Program-made: the position numbers and the translations under genes
From: a virus
Taxonomy: Duplodnaviria > Caudoviricetes
Virus record (IMG/VR): IMGVR_UViG_3300032305_000524
Span: 1 to 40,138 of that record
Direction: 5' to 3' (one strand)
DNA: 40,138 bases
Shown: positions 33,001-40,138 of the stretch, piece after piece
Layout: each line of letters opens with the position of its first letter
Numbering within the stretch: position 1 is the first letter of the stretch
Notes under the pieces: generated by a model
Database searches by the model: none
What the model was told of the DNA's origin: nothing
Seen by the model: the letters and a program-made list of their open reading frames with translations, nothing else

Positions 33001-36000
33001 GTGGATGCAAGGGTATCTGCATCGTTATACGCTTCAGACCTTTTAATATTGGCTTCAGCGTCTTCGCGATTGCGCAACATGTACATAAGGTCACGTTTTG
33101 TTGCTACTTTAGCTTTTGCGCGCCATGCCAAGTATTCGTTGGTAATAGCTTTTTGTTCGGCGCTACTGGCTGTATCGTACAACTGAGCTTGCACAATGTG
33201 GCCAATTTCGTGAGCAAGAACTTCTAACCGCTGGCCATCGGTCAGGCCGGACCTCAAATAAATGCCATAAGTTCTGCCGTCTATACCAAGATTTGTTGCA
33301 GAACCGTTTACGGTAGGTTCTCGTATTTCAGCTAGTCTAGCAAATGGGCCATACAGTTTGTATGTGTCTATGTAACTGCTATCAAATGTATCTGGTTTGC
33401 TATGTATAAATACCCGAAGGTGACCTAACCCTAAAGAATTTAATAAATTTTTGGTGTACCCCGCAATGGCGGGGTCGAGAGAGTTTGCGGCAACAATGTT
33501 TTTACCTGTAGAAAACGGCCCGTTGGGATTGTTTCTAGCCAGTTCTGTTTCTTTTAATTCCAACGCTTGTCCAGCGTCGCGCAATACTTCGTAGTCTCCC
33601 GCAAGTAACCAACTAGGTTGGTTGGCCCGCATTTGAATAGGGTATCTTGACTCTTCTCCTTGGCGGTTAATTGCATAGTATCGCACTTGTTTAAGTTTGT
33701 TTAACTGACGAACTAAGGCAAAACTAGCGTCTTCGTAAACAATTGGTGTGCGTGGCGTTCCAAAAACTTTTGACCATGTAGGCTTAACAACAAGTTGGTC
33801 GTAAAATTGTTTGGCTACGGCAGCTTTCTTAGCTTCTTCAGCTTTACGTGCTTCTTCAGCTTTGCGTGCTTCTTCAGCCTTCTTAACTTCAGCAGCTTTC
33901 TTGGCGTCGGCAGCTTTCTTGGCTTCCTCGGCTTTACGCGTTTCTTCAGCTTTAGTAATTTTATCGGCGGTTTTCTTAGCTTCTGCAGCAGCTTTTTCGG
34001 CGTCTTCAGCGGCTCTGGCGGCTCTAGCCGCAGCTTGACCCGCCTTAGTTTCTTCGGTTTCAGCTTGTAATTTTTCGCCAATTGTAGACGGGCCACTAAT
34101 ATCAAACGGGGATTTGGTTTTTGCGGGTTTAGGCGCTTCTTCCTCAACCGTTGTTTCGGCGGTGTCTGTATCTCTTACCAATGCCGCAAACGGATTTACA
34201 ACTTTAGGAGCGCCAGTAGTAGCCGGTGCTTGAGTCTCTTTGGCAGTGGTAGTTTTAGTAGTCCGCTTAGTAGTCTTCGCTGGTCCCGTAGTAGTCGTGG
34301 TAGTGGCAGCAGCACCAGTATCAGCAGGAGTAGTTGTAGGCGCATTTGTGGCGGACGGTTCTTTTAGTGATTGGGCGTAAACAACTGTACCGTATTCGGT
34401 ATTGTCGTAGCCTTTAATACCACGTACATCAATACCTTCAAACCCCAGAGCTTTCATTACTCTGGTCGACGCAGAATCTATGTATGTGCTTTCAAACATA
34501 ACATCGTCGGTTAACTCTGCTTTAGCTTGGGCTACTGCGCGTTTAATAATACTACGGAGGTCTTGACGGGATGCCGTAGTTACCATCGACATATATAAAT
34601 TACGTACCGCTGTGTCCAGACCGTTTTTGTACTGATCGCTATCAGGCTCTTGGCTTACTAACCTGTTAACTTCTTTAAGCCCTTCATGTAAATCCCTTGC
34701 GTTGGATTCAATACGGGGTTTAGCAAGGTTGTATTTAGACAGATCAACGGTATTAATAGGCCTATCATTTCTAGCAAACTTACCTACAGCGGCTTCTGGC
34801 GTGCTGACAAAATACACTCCAGTGCCAAAGTGCCCAGTACTTCTACCACCCATTTTTCCTAGCGTAGTGTCTTTGCCGTAACCTAAATCGCCCGCATGGT
34901 ATCCAGCATTTTGCGGTTCTATTGAAGTGGGCTGCGTTCCTTGAGTTGTAGTTCCCGTGCCAGCAGGTTGTCCAGCAGGTGCCAATCCGAGTCCGTCAGG
35001 TGTTTCAGATGTTCCGGTGGTGGCGGGAACTCCGGTTCCGGGTTGTACCACGTCGGTGCCGGTAGGCTTACCAGATACTCCCACGCCTGACTCACCTCCT
35101 CCGAGGTCAAGCTCTCCTTGAGGCTTATCCGTTTGGGTAATGGTCGGCTCATTTGGTTTCTCCTCAAAAACTGCAGGTTGTGGCGATATTAACGCTTTCA
35201 ATACCCCCGCACGCGCCCCAGTACCGCTAATAAGTTTGGGGTCGCGCTGAACTAGCGCTTTAATTTCTTCAACGGTTTTGCCAAGCACATTGTCGGTTAT
35301 CCATTGCTTAGACGTGCGTAATGGAAGGCCGATAGCATCAATATCTGCTTGTGTGATAGGCGCGGTAGTTGCACCAGCCAAACCGGGGAAGCGTTGCGCA
35401 CCGGCTTCGTCAGCAGCTTTCTTTTCTGCTTCTTCCGTAAGTTGTTGTTCTTTAACAATTTTTTCGGCTTGACGTCTGCCAATATCTGCCTCGTCGTATG
35501 ACGCCCGTTGCTCGGCTAGTTCCTTGATACGCGCCTTGACCTCAGGGGTTTGGGGCTGCATCTTAAGCGTTTCTTGTTCTTTGACAAGGTCAGCGTACTC
35601 ACGTTGAAAGTCTAAACCAAGGCCAATTTGTTCGCCTTGCTGCACTGCAGCAGGCTGGGCCGGGGCTGCCTCTTCTTTGGGTTCTGGAACACGCTTACCC
35701 ATCTCTTTGGGCGTGAACAGCGTACCCTGCGTACCCACAGGAGCTTCTTCAGGCAGCTTGGCTCCGGGAACTATTTCTTCTGGGGGTGGAGGCGCGGGTC
35801 TTGCCGCTTCTTCAGCACGTTTTTGCTGCTCTACTTGACCACGGGCTTGGCCTCGTTCCACAACCCCTGCTGCTCCGCCTATTGGGGTACCAATTAATGC
35901 GGCTTGGTATGCAGCTTCGCCATACGCTTTAATGGCTTCGGGGGATGTTAGGTCTTGACCAGACTGGTAGCGGTCAATAATCTCTTGCCCAACCTCAACG

Positions 36001-36806
36001 GGTATTTCAGCAGTACCACGGACAACGCCTCGCCCTGCGGATGCAGCCAGCGAACGCTCGGCGGCTTTGACTAACTCAGCTTGCGATTTGGCTGTAACAA
36101 GGGCGGCATCATCAGCAATACCAAGAATACCTTTGATAACTCGTTTACCTAGGGTAAATGCAGTACCTGCACCTTCTAACGCTGCCATACCAGCGGCAGC
36201 TGTGTATGCTTTTGTGCGGTCAATATCTACGGGTTCGCCACGCTCCATCTGCTCTGCTGCTTGGGTTTGTACAGTCTGCCCCATAAACTGAGGAAGCAAT
36301 GCACCTGCTGCACCTGCTGCACCACCAACAATACGGCCTCGCACACCAAACGGGGCACCAGCAGCGGCACCGGCTTTACTTCCGGCATACATGGTTGCAA
36401 AGTTTGCCGCTTGTCCAGCTAAACCTCGAGATACTTGGGATGGAAGTTCTTTGGCTGCGCCAAGCAGCCCGTCTTTTTCATAGGCTTTTTGCAGTGCTTC
36501 AAACGAAGCGCCTTCGCCAGCTTCTTCTCCAATAGCTTGGCTGCGGGCAACACCTTCGGTAGCTGCTTTGTTTTTATCAAACAAGCTTTCTGCGCCCGCA
36601 CGCGCTGAAGATACTAACTGTTTACCACCACGGACTATCTCACTACCGATTGTGGATTGTTTGGGTGCGGTTGGCTCTGCGGCAGGTGCCACGGGCGTGG
36701 CAGATTGAACCTGTTGAATGTACTGAGCGAGCCGCCTAGCCCCCTCTGTGTCTCCCGCAGCGTCAGCTTTGCGAAGTGCTTGATAGAGGGCGTTTATATC
36801 GGCCAT
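30084..36806 (-). CDS. Large polyvalent internal virion/ejection protein (ART-like, zincin peptidase and LPD38-like regions)
   Basis: 2240 aa; YHAG...GTGVYF...GFEGI (ART-like), LAHEIGH...EWFAD (zincin), C-terminal NFRRRG..IPFFNAYIQG..KIGVPGELG..NKSFLTG (LPD38-like). Confidence 0.8.
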   Translation of the reverse strand: MADINALYQALRKADAAGDTEGARRLAQYIQQVQSATPVAPAAEPTAPKQSTIGSEIVRGGKQLVSSARAGAESLFDKNKAATEGVARSQAIGEEAGEGASFEALQKAYEKDGLLGAAKELPSQVSRGLAGQAANFATMYAGSKAGAAAGAPFGVRGRIVGGAAGAAGALLPQFMGQTVQTQAAEQMERGEPVDIDRTKAYTAAAGMAALEGAGTAFTLGKRVIKGILGIADDAALVTAKSQAELVKAAERSLAASAGRGVVRGTAEIPVEVGQEIIDRYQSGQDLTSPEAIKAYGEAAYQAALIGTPIGGAAGVVERGQARGQVEQQKRAEEAARPAPPPPEEIVPGAKLPEEAPVGTQGTLFTPKEMGKRVPEPKEEAAPAQPAAVQQGEQIGLGLDFQREYADLVKEQETLKMQPQTPEVKARIKELAEQRASYDEADIGRRQAEKIVKEQQLTEEAEKKAADEAGAQRFPGLAGATTAPITQADIDAIGLPLRTSKQWITDNVLGKTVEEIKALVQRDPKLISGTGARAGVLKALISPQPAVFEEKPNEPTITQTDKPQGELDLGGGESGVGVSGKPTGTDVVQPGTGVPATTGTSETPDGLGLAPAGQPAGTGTTTQGTQPTSIEPQNAGYHAGDLGYGKDTTLGKMGGRSTGHFGTGVYFVSTPEAAVGKFARNDRPINTVDLSKYNLAKPRIESNARDLHEGLKEVNRLVSQEPDSDQYKNGLDTAVRNLYMSMVTTASRQDLRSIIKRAVAQAKAELTDDVMFESTYIDSASTRVMKALGFEGIDVRGIKGYDNTEYGTVVYAQSLKEPSATNAPTTTPADTGAAATTTTTTGPAKTTKRTTKTTTAKETQAPATTGAPKVVNPFAALVRDTDTAETTVEEEAPKPAKTKSPFDISGPSTIGEKLQAETEETKAGQAAARAARAAEDAEKAAAEAKKTADKITKAEETRKAEEAKKAADAKKAAEVKKAEEARKAEEARKAEEAKKAAVAKQFYDQLVVKPTWSKVFGTPRTPIVYEDASFALVRQLNKLKQVRYYAINRQGEESRYPIQMRANQPSWLLAGDYEVLRDAGQALELKETELARNNPNGPFSTGKNIVAANSLDPAIAGYTKNLLNSLGLGHLRVFIHSKPDTFDSSYIDTYKLYGPFARLAEIREPTVNGSATNLGIDGRTYGIYLRSGLTDGQRLEVLAHEIGHIVQAQLYDTASSAEQKAITNEYLAWRAKAKVATKRDLMYMLRNREDAEANIKRSEAYNDADTLASTMQDFDSYWISFGEWFADNVSRWATTNEKPLSIADKFFSRVAQMMRDLVAIVTSRKYPPAKSVADFLNKAGPANFVVQSNISLQPDSQQIKEQFSVSVSTEQLIDSMGPLSAPERSGLKNLITGVKANPDVGYVTKFRTQVTDVAATIEKRLSEKFDGAVRDSLGNLNPMGLYRQAQDYTKMLLEYFQTGTLYKDKATGLWKSGDVDPNTGKSVRPPAEVYALIDKYAEKNGYSRERATQIASRVLEGVRLNEMRRSNAQDGTTFLIHLKDNEIDQLVKEYNADSDLQEMSKLMDDARKAMVDNLVAVGRLSAEEGKLWREVVGYVPFDRETIEGVTANFNKAKKISGKGLAQLGKLPELVGSLNRPVGNVFDNYLNTLGWMVGQTLKADATLITLRSLEDIGQAKFLGRTNQGQPNVVGAYVDGEMMYWSVPSKYDVMAFKDLNPPKAGWIRAMGAFSNILRKTVTVLPPFALKQVMDDVQRAIMTSGVKNPGALVWMSLTNFPKLVLAELRGIQHPMVKDFGKLGLTGEYDFEAGKPATSLLKDLGYKKRGRFESLIHKLDGITRASDLAVRKAIYDQTMKESKGDELLAQTRAREFINFRRRGANQFVTDMITVIPFFNAYIQGMDVLYRAASGKDSSSSVDRAQARRLFYSRAVTVTMLSSLYALGKGDDDEDYNEMDLRTRDSNWILGGGYKIGVPGELGAIFKVIPERIVEYMRRQGTPEEQTAFEAVRTTLSYMFEQYLGRAVPIPQAIKPVIEAWANKSFLTGKDLEGYHHRAMDPSMRRTEQTSELAKAIAVFSRDEIGVEVSPIMIDNALRGYFGSTAAMVTMVTDSLLNPTRVDRPLHKYALFSNYLYDPVGTRRMTEFYEEREKVGKANTTLNELMKTDLDRAEKYIDEHADELQLEGAINSTLEQLERTRAYRKYLNSVEGANDMSKTDREAELKELKQMEIELVGWVREAKTELRKVQ
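34919..35152 (-). CDS. Probable overprinted small protein nested in the 2240-aa gene (alternate frame)
   Basis: GAGGAG-7nt-ATG; 77 aa with helical amphipathic pattern; host frame here is low-complexity G/T/P linker. Confidence 0.55.
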   Translation of the reverse strand: MSRPLPKRISLKESLTSEEVSQAWEYLVSLPAPTWYNPEPEFPPPPEHLKHLTDSDWHLLDNLLARELQLKERSPLQ

Positions 36807-36819
36807 TGCTCAGTCCTTA

Positions 36820-38814
36820 TTAGCTCCCATATTTTTTCATAAGAGCTTGTATATCAGATGGGGTTCCGCCGGGGCTTGCTGCGCCGGGGGCTGCAGCCAT
36901 TGTACCGCCACCTGCGGCGTTCATCAACCTATCGGTTTCGGCTCTAACCAACTGCTGCATAAGCGTAGGGTTTTTACCTACTGCCATTTGCAATTTCATG
37001 TTGGCCTTGAGCGCTGCGGTTACGTTGTCCATTGCTTTATCAGCAATCATTGCTCGCTGATTCTGGGTCAACTCCATGTTGTTACGCGCCGCCGTAGCCG
37101 CAACTTGCGCCATAGCTGCGTTGTATGTCAGGTCCTGACCACGCTCTTGCGTTTTGCGCTGTGCTTCGGATGTAAATGCAGAACCCAGAGACTGCATTTT
37201 TTCACGATCAAACAGCTTTCTATCCCCAATGTCTTTTTCTCTAGCCGCGCCAACTCTAGTAGCAGAAGCTGTTTTCTCGCCACGTTGAGTATCTTCAACG
37301 CCACCCATCAACTCGTTGATTCGTTCAGCATGCGCCAAATCAGCGGCACGTTTCTTCTCGGCCATACTTGTGTATGCGGGGGCCAAGCCAGATAAGCCTT
37401 TGTACTGACCTGACTTACCAAGCATAGAGATAAGTTCATCCATGGGAGACAGTTGCGTTGCCGCATACTGTTGTTTAATCTCGGCAATGCGATCAAGTTT
37501 GTTTTTACCTGCTGGCTCGTCTAGGCCCAGACGTTTTCTAATGTCTAAGTCTTCTGCAATAAGGTCTTCGACTTTGCGCTCTTTAGGGCCACCTTCCAAT
37601 GACGTTCTGTACATAGCTTCCATGCTATCTGGAGCAGGCGCTGCGGGTGCCGCAGGAGGTGTATTGGGTTTTACCTTAGTTGCGTTGGGGTTGACGTTCT
37701 GTGGAACGGCAGGAGGCTTAGGTCTAGCCGACGCTGGGATAAGGTTAGGCGATACATTGATGCCGTTGCCCGTAGCAACTTGACCCGTACGACGGCCTTC
37801 GGTACCCATGTCTGGAGCCGGTGCTTTTGCAGCCAACCGAGCGTTTTCGGAAGCCATGTTGCCCTTTTGTGACTCACGATATTTCTTAAGCGCCTCGCCC
37901 TCTTGGTCAATCAGAGCAGCAAGGCCAGTGCCTGCTGCGGCACCACCGATAGTTCCCGCGACAGGAGCTACGAAACTGCCTGCAACACCACCTGCAATAG
38001 GTAACGCAGTCCTAGAACCTGTGCGAGCAAACTGTTTTATCTTCTCAGACATTGGTACGTTAGGGTCGTCGTAGAAGTCTTGGGCATCGCTTACTTCACT
38101 CAGTCCTTGATAGGCCGCTAAACCTACGTTAGCACCGGGAATTGCTTTAGTTTTGGCTATATTCTTTGCTGCGGCTATTGCAGGGCGCATGGCTTGACCT
38201 GCGGCAAAGGCTTTTGGAGAGGCGTTACCTTGGACGGTCTGTGGAGTAGGTGCTGCTTGCGCTGTGGGCTGTGAGCTTTGTGTGGCACGGAACATGTCTT
38301 TAATATTGTCTTGGGCAGCGGCAGATGACTTAACAAAGTCTGTGTAGTCAATACCCATGCTCTGTAAAAACTTAATAAACTCAGGGCCAGCTTTAACCTT
38401 GTCTCCAGCAGCGAACGCAACGATACCGCCACCTGCCATCTTGATATTGGACTGCAGTTGGTTAAGCCCAGCCATCTGTGGGGGTCGAGGTTGTGCTTGG
38501 GGTTGTGGAGTTCCCGTAGGTACAGGCCCTCTCATAGGGCGTGGCTCCATCAGTTGCTGTTGCGTATTCCGTTGTTGAGCCATTTGAAGCCCCAACAATC
38601 CGGCTTTCTGCTCAATTTGTTCCTTGACGCTGGGTTGTTCGCCAGTTTCTGCGCCTTCTAAATTATTAGCCGTCTCAGCAAGTTTTGTTTTAGCTTGCAT
38701 AACGCCGGTGGCTACCCATGGGGGAATCATGGCGGGGTTCATTCCATCCGCGTACTTTTGCAAGTCCGATATGGGGAGCGACTGTGCGTATTCTTGCGCT
38801 TTAACGAGATTCAT
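36820..38814 (-). CDS. Internal virion/DNA ejection protein
   Basis: 664 aa Ala/Gln/Gly-rich, MAGGGIVAFAAG motif, glycine-zipper hydrophobic segment. Confidence 0.65.
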   Translation of the reverse strand: MNLVKAQEYAQSLPISDLQKYADGMNPAMIPPWVATGVMQAKTKLAETANNLEGAETGEQPSVKEQIEQKAGLLGLQMAQQRNTQQQLMEPRPMRGPVPTGTPQPQAQPRPPQMAGLNQLQSNIKMAGGGIVAFAAGDKVKAGPEFIKFLQSMGIDYTDFVKSSAAAQDNIKDMFRATQSSQPTAQAAPTPQTVQGNASPKAFAAGQAMRPAIAAAKNIAKTKAIPGANVGLAAYQGLSEVSDAQDFYDDPNVPMSEKIKQFARTGSRTALPIAGGVAGSFVAPVAGTIGGAAAGTGLAALIDQEGEALKKYRESQKGNMASENARLAAKAPAPDMGTEGRRTGQVATGNGINVSPNLIPASARPKPPAVPQNVNPNATKVKPNTPPAAPAAPAPDSMEAMYRTSLEGGPKERKVEDLIAEDLDIRKRLGLDEPAGKNKLDRIAEIKQQYAATQLSPMDELISMLGKSGQYKGLSGLAPAYTSMAEKKRAADLAHAERINELMGGVEDTQRGEKTASATRVGAAREKDIGDRKLFDREKMQSLGSAFTSEAQRKTQERGQDLTYNAAMAQVAATAARNNMELTQNQRAMIADKAMDNVTAALKANMKLQMAVGKNPTLMQQLVRAETDRLMNAAGGGTMAAAPGAASPGGTPSDIQALMKKYGS

Positions 38815-38823
38815 GATTTACCT

Positions 38824-40138
38824 TCATCCCAATTTAAGGTTAGCCAATTTTTGATACAACGATGCAAGCCCACTAATGTCTGTTTGCAGTTTAGATAATG
38901 TGTCTTGGTTTGTCGATGTTGTTGACGCCCCAATTGGCAGGTCAGTCAGCATCTTGCGCTGGAATTCTAAGTTAGTGTACGGACGAGCTTGTTGTTGCTC
39001 AAACTGAGCTTTGTCTGCGGCAATACCTTCAGACTCAATACCACGCTGTGTGGCACCTGCTTGCATAAGATCATTGAGGGATTTAAGCCCAAAGTCTGCA
39101 CTGTATCGGCGTGACTCTTCTGTAGCTTTTTGCGCTGCGTCTCCGTATTGCGCCGCGTTTTGTGCAGAAGTCATACCTAGCGTTGACCCGTACTGAGCTT
39201 CCTGCATCTTGCGCTGCTGGTCAGCATTAAACTGAGACATTGCCGTGTCGTAGGCTTTGCTATATCCCGCACCAGTAATGCCTGCCAAGTTTGCACCCAA
39301 AGAACGTTGGGTTTCAGCGTCCATAATTGCACCGCGTGAGCCACCAAACGCGCCAGCCTGAGTCATCTTGGCAGCATTCTGCTGCTGGGTAATCTGGGAT
39401 TGCCTACGGGCTTCGTCAATCTGTGGCTGCAAAGATGCCGACAGGTACGGGTTCATGTACTGGCTAGCTGCTGCCGTATCAAAAGACGAAGTCGTGGGGC
39501 TGTACGGTGTGGGAGCCTTATATTGACTAGTAAATGTGGTTGGGTTAAATCCACCCTTGGCAACTTCACCGATACCAGCAAACCCTTGCTGCTGCAAGTT
39601 AGATGCACCCGCCGTTAAAGGACCGCCGTATACCTGCTGGGGAGCTTCGGTCAGGGCCTGTGTTTTGCCCAACATATTGGTAACGTAATCACCAGCCCAT
39701 GGGGACAGGGTGGAAGTCTTAGACGTATCAAGTGGGATACCACCTTCTTGAAACTTTTGCACAGAGCCACCACCGGCATAAGCCGCAGCCAAACCGCCTG
39801 AAGCTGCCGCAAGGAATTTGTCAGGGTTAATCTTTTTACCCTGTTTTTTTGTGCCAGTACGAGCTTCACGAATGCGGTCCATCATGGCGTACAACTTTTG
39901 GGCACCTGCATCGGAGTTGCCATTACCCAAGTGGGATACCACATCGGCAGGTATTACGAACTCACCATGGCTTAGTGCCGCCTCTTGGTCACCATCAATT
40001 GTGGTTGAAATCTTATCAGCCATACCGTCAGTGCCACCACGCAAATAACGACCTTTAGCCATTGCAATACCGCCATCAGCCATACCAATTGAATTGATTT
40101 TGTAGTTGGGGTCCATAAGCTGTTGTTGGGTTGGTATA
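38824..40138 (-). CDS. DNA transfer/pilot-like virion protein (frame open to window edge)
   Basis: GGTDGMADKI..ALSHGEFVIPADVVS domain then YMNPY / AGAFGGSR pilot-like region; no in-frame stop from 40116 to the end. Confidence 0.65.
   Translation of the reverse strand, partial: IPTQQQLMDPNYKINSIGMADGGIAMAKGRYLRGGTDGMADKISTTIDGDQEAALSHGEFVIPADVVSHLGNGNSDAGAQKLYAMMDRIREARTGTKKQGKKINPDKFLAAASGGLAAAYAGGGSVQKFQEGGIPLDTSKTSTLSPWAGDYVTNMLGKTQALTEAPQQVYGGPLTAGASNLQQQGFAGIGEVAKGGFNPTTFTSQYKAPTPYSPTTSSFDTAAASQYMNPYLSASLQPQIDEARRQSQITQQQNAAKMTQAGAFGGSRGAIMDAETQRSLGANLAGITGAGYSKAYDTAMSQFNADQQRKMQEAQYGSTLGMTSAQNAAQYGDAAQKATEESRRYSADFGLKSLNDLMQAGATQRGIESEGIAADKAQFEQQQARPYTNLEFQRKMLTDLPIGASTTSTNQDTLSKLQTDISGLASLYQKLANLKLG

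Noticed and set aside
33820-33950. Tandem 18-nt-like repeats
   Set aside because: Explained by the coding EEARKA/EEAKKA helical linker of the 2240-aa protein

Overview
The window is a contiguous segment of a tailed dsDNA phage genome. It resembles uncultured freshwater podovirus-like phages; a proteobacterial host is only inferred from sigma70 promoters and an IHF site. Left (1-7.2 kb, minus strand): head/packaging module with partial head/decoration protein, scaffold-like protein, GroES-like protein, portal, TerL and putative TerS. Middle (7.4-30.1 kb, plus strand): a short first operon, a repeat-rich non-coding block (ori/terminus-like), an RHH+Mor-HTH regulator and a ~670-nt structured non-coding transcript behind a perfect sigma70 promoter with an rrn-type boxB/boxA-like leader. 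These are followed by early genes (MoxR-like AAA + DUF2201 metallopeptidase/VWA, DUF3150-like) and a replication module (PolA, Cas4-like nuclease, HNH, SNF2 helicase, SSB-like, primase-DUF927). Right (30.1-40.1 kb, minus strand): ejection/internal virion proteins, including a 2240-aa polyvalent protein with ART-like, zincin and LPD38-like regions and a probable overprinted gene. The most striking unexplained signal is a 22-bp near-palindrome, AAA(C/G)(T/C)TATAA-(CC/GG)-TTATAACTT(T/C). It occurs 12 times, plus one degenerate copy, and I saw it only between 7.4 and 18.1 kb. It usually joins one gene's stop codon to the next gene's RBS, and one copy sits inside the putative ncRNA. No integrase, tRNA or CRISPR array was seen. 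Family names come from motif recognition, not database searches.
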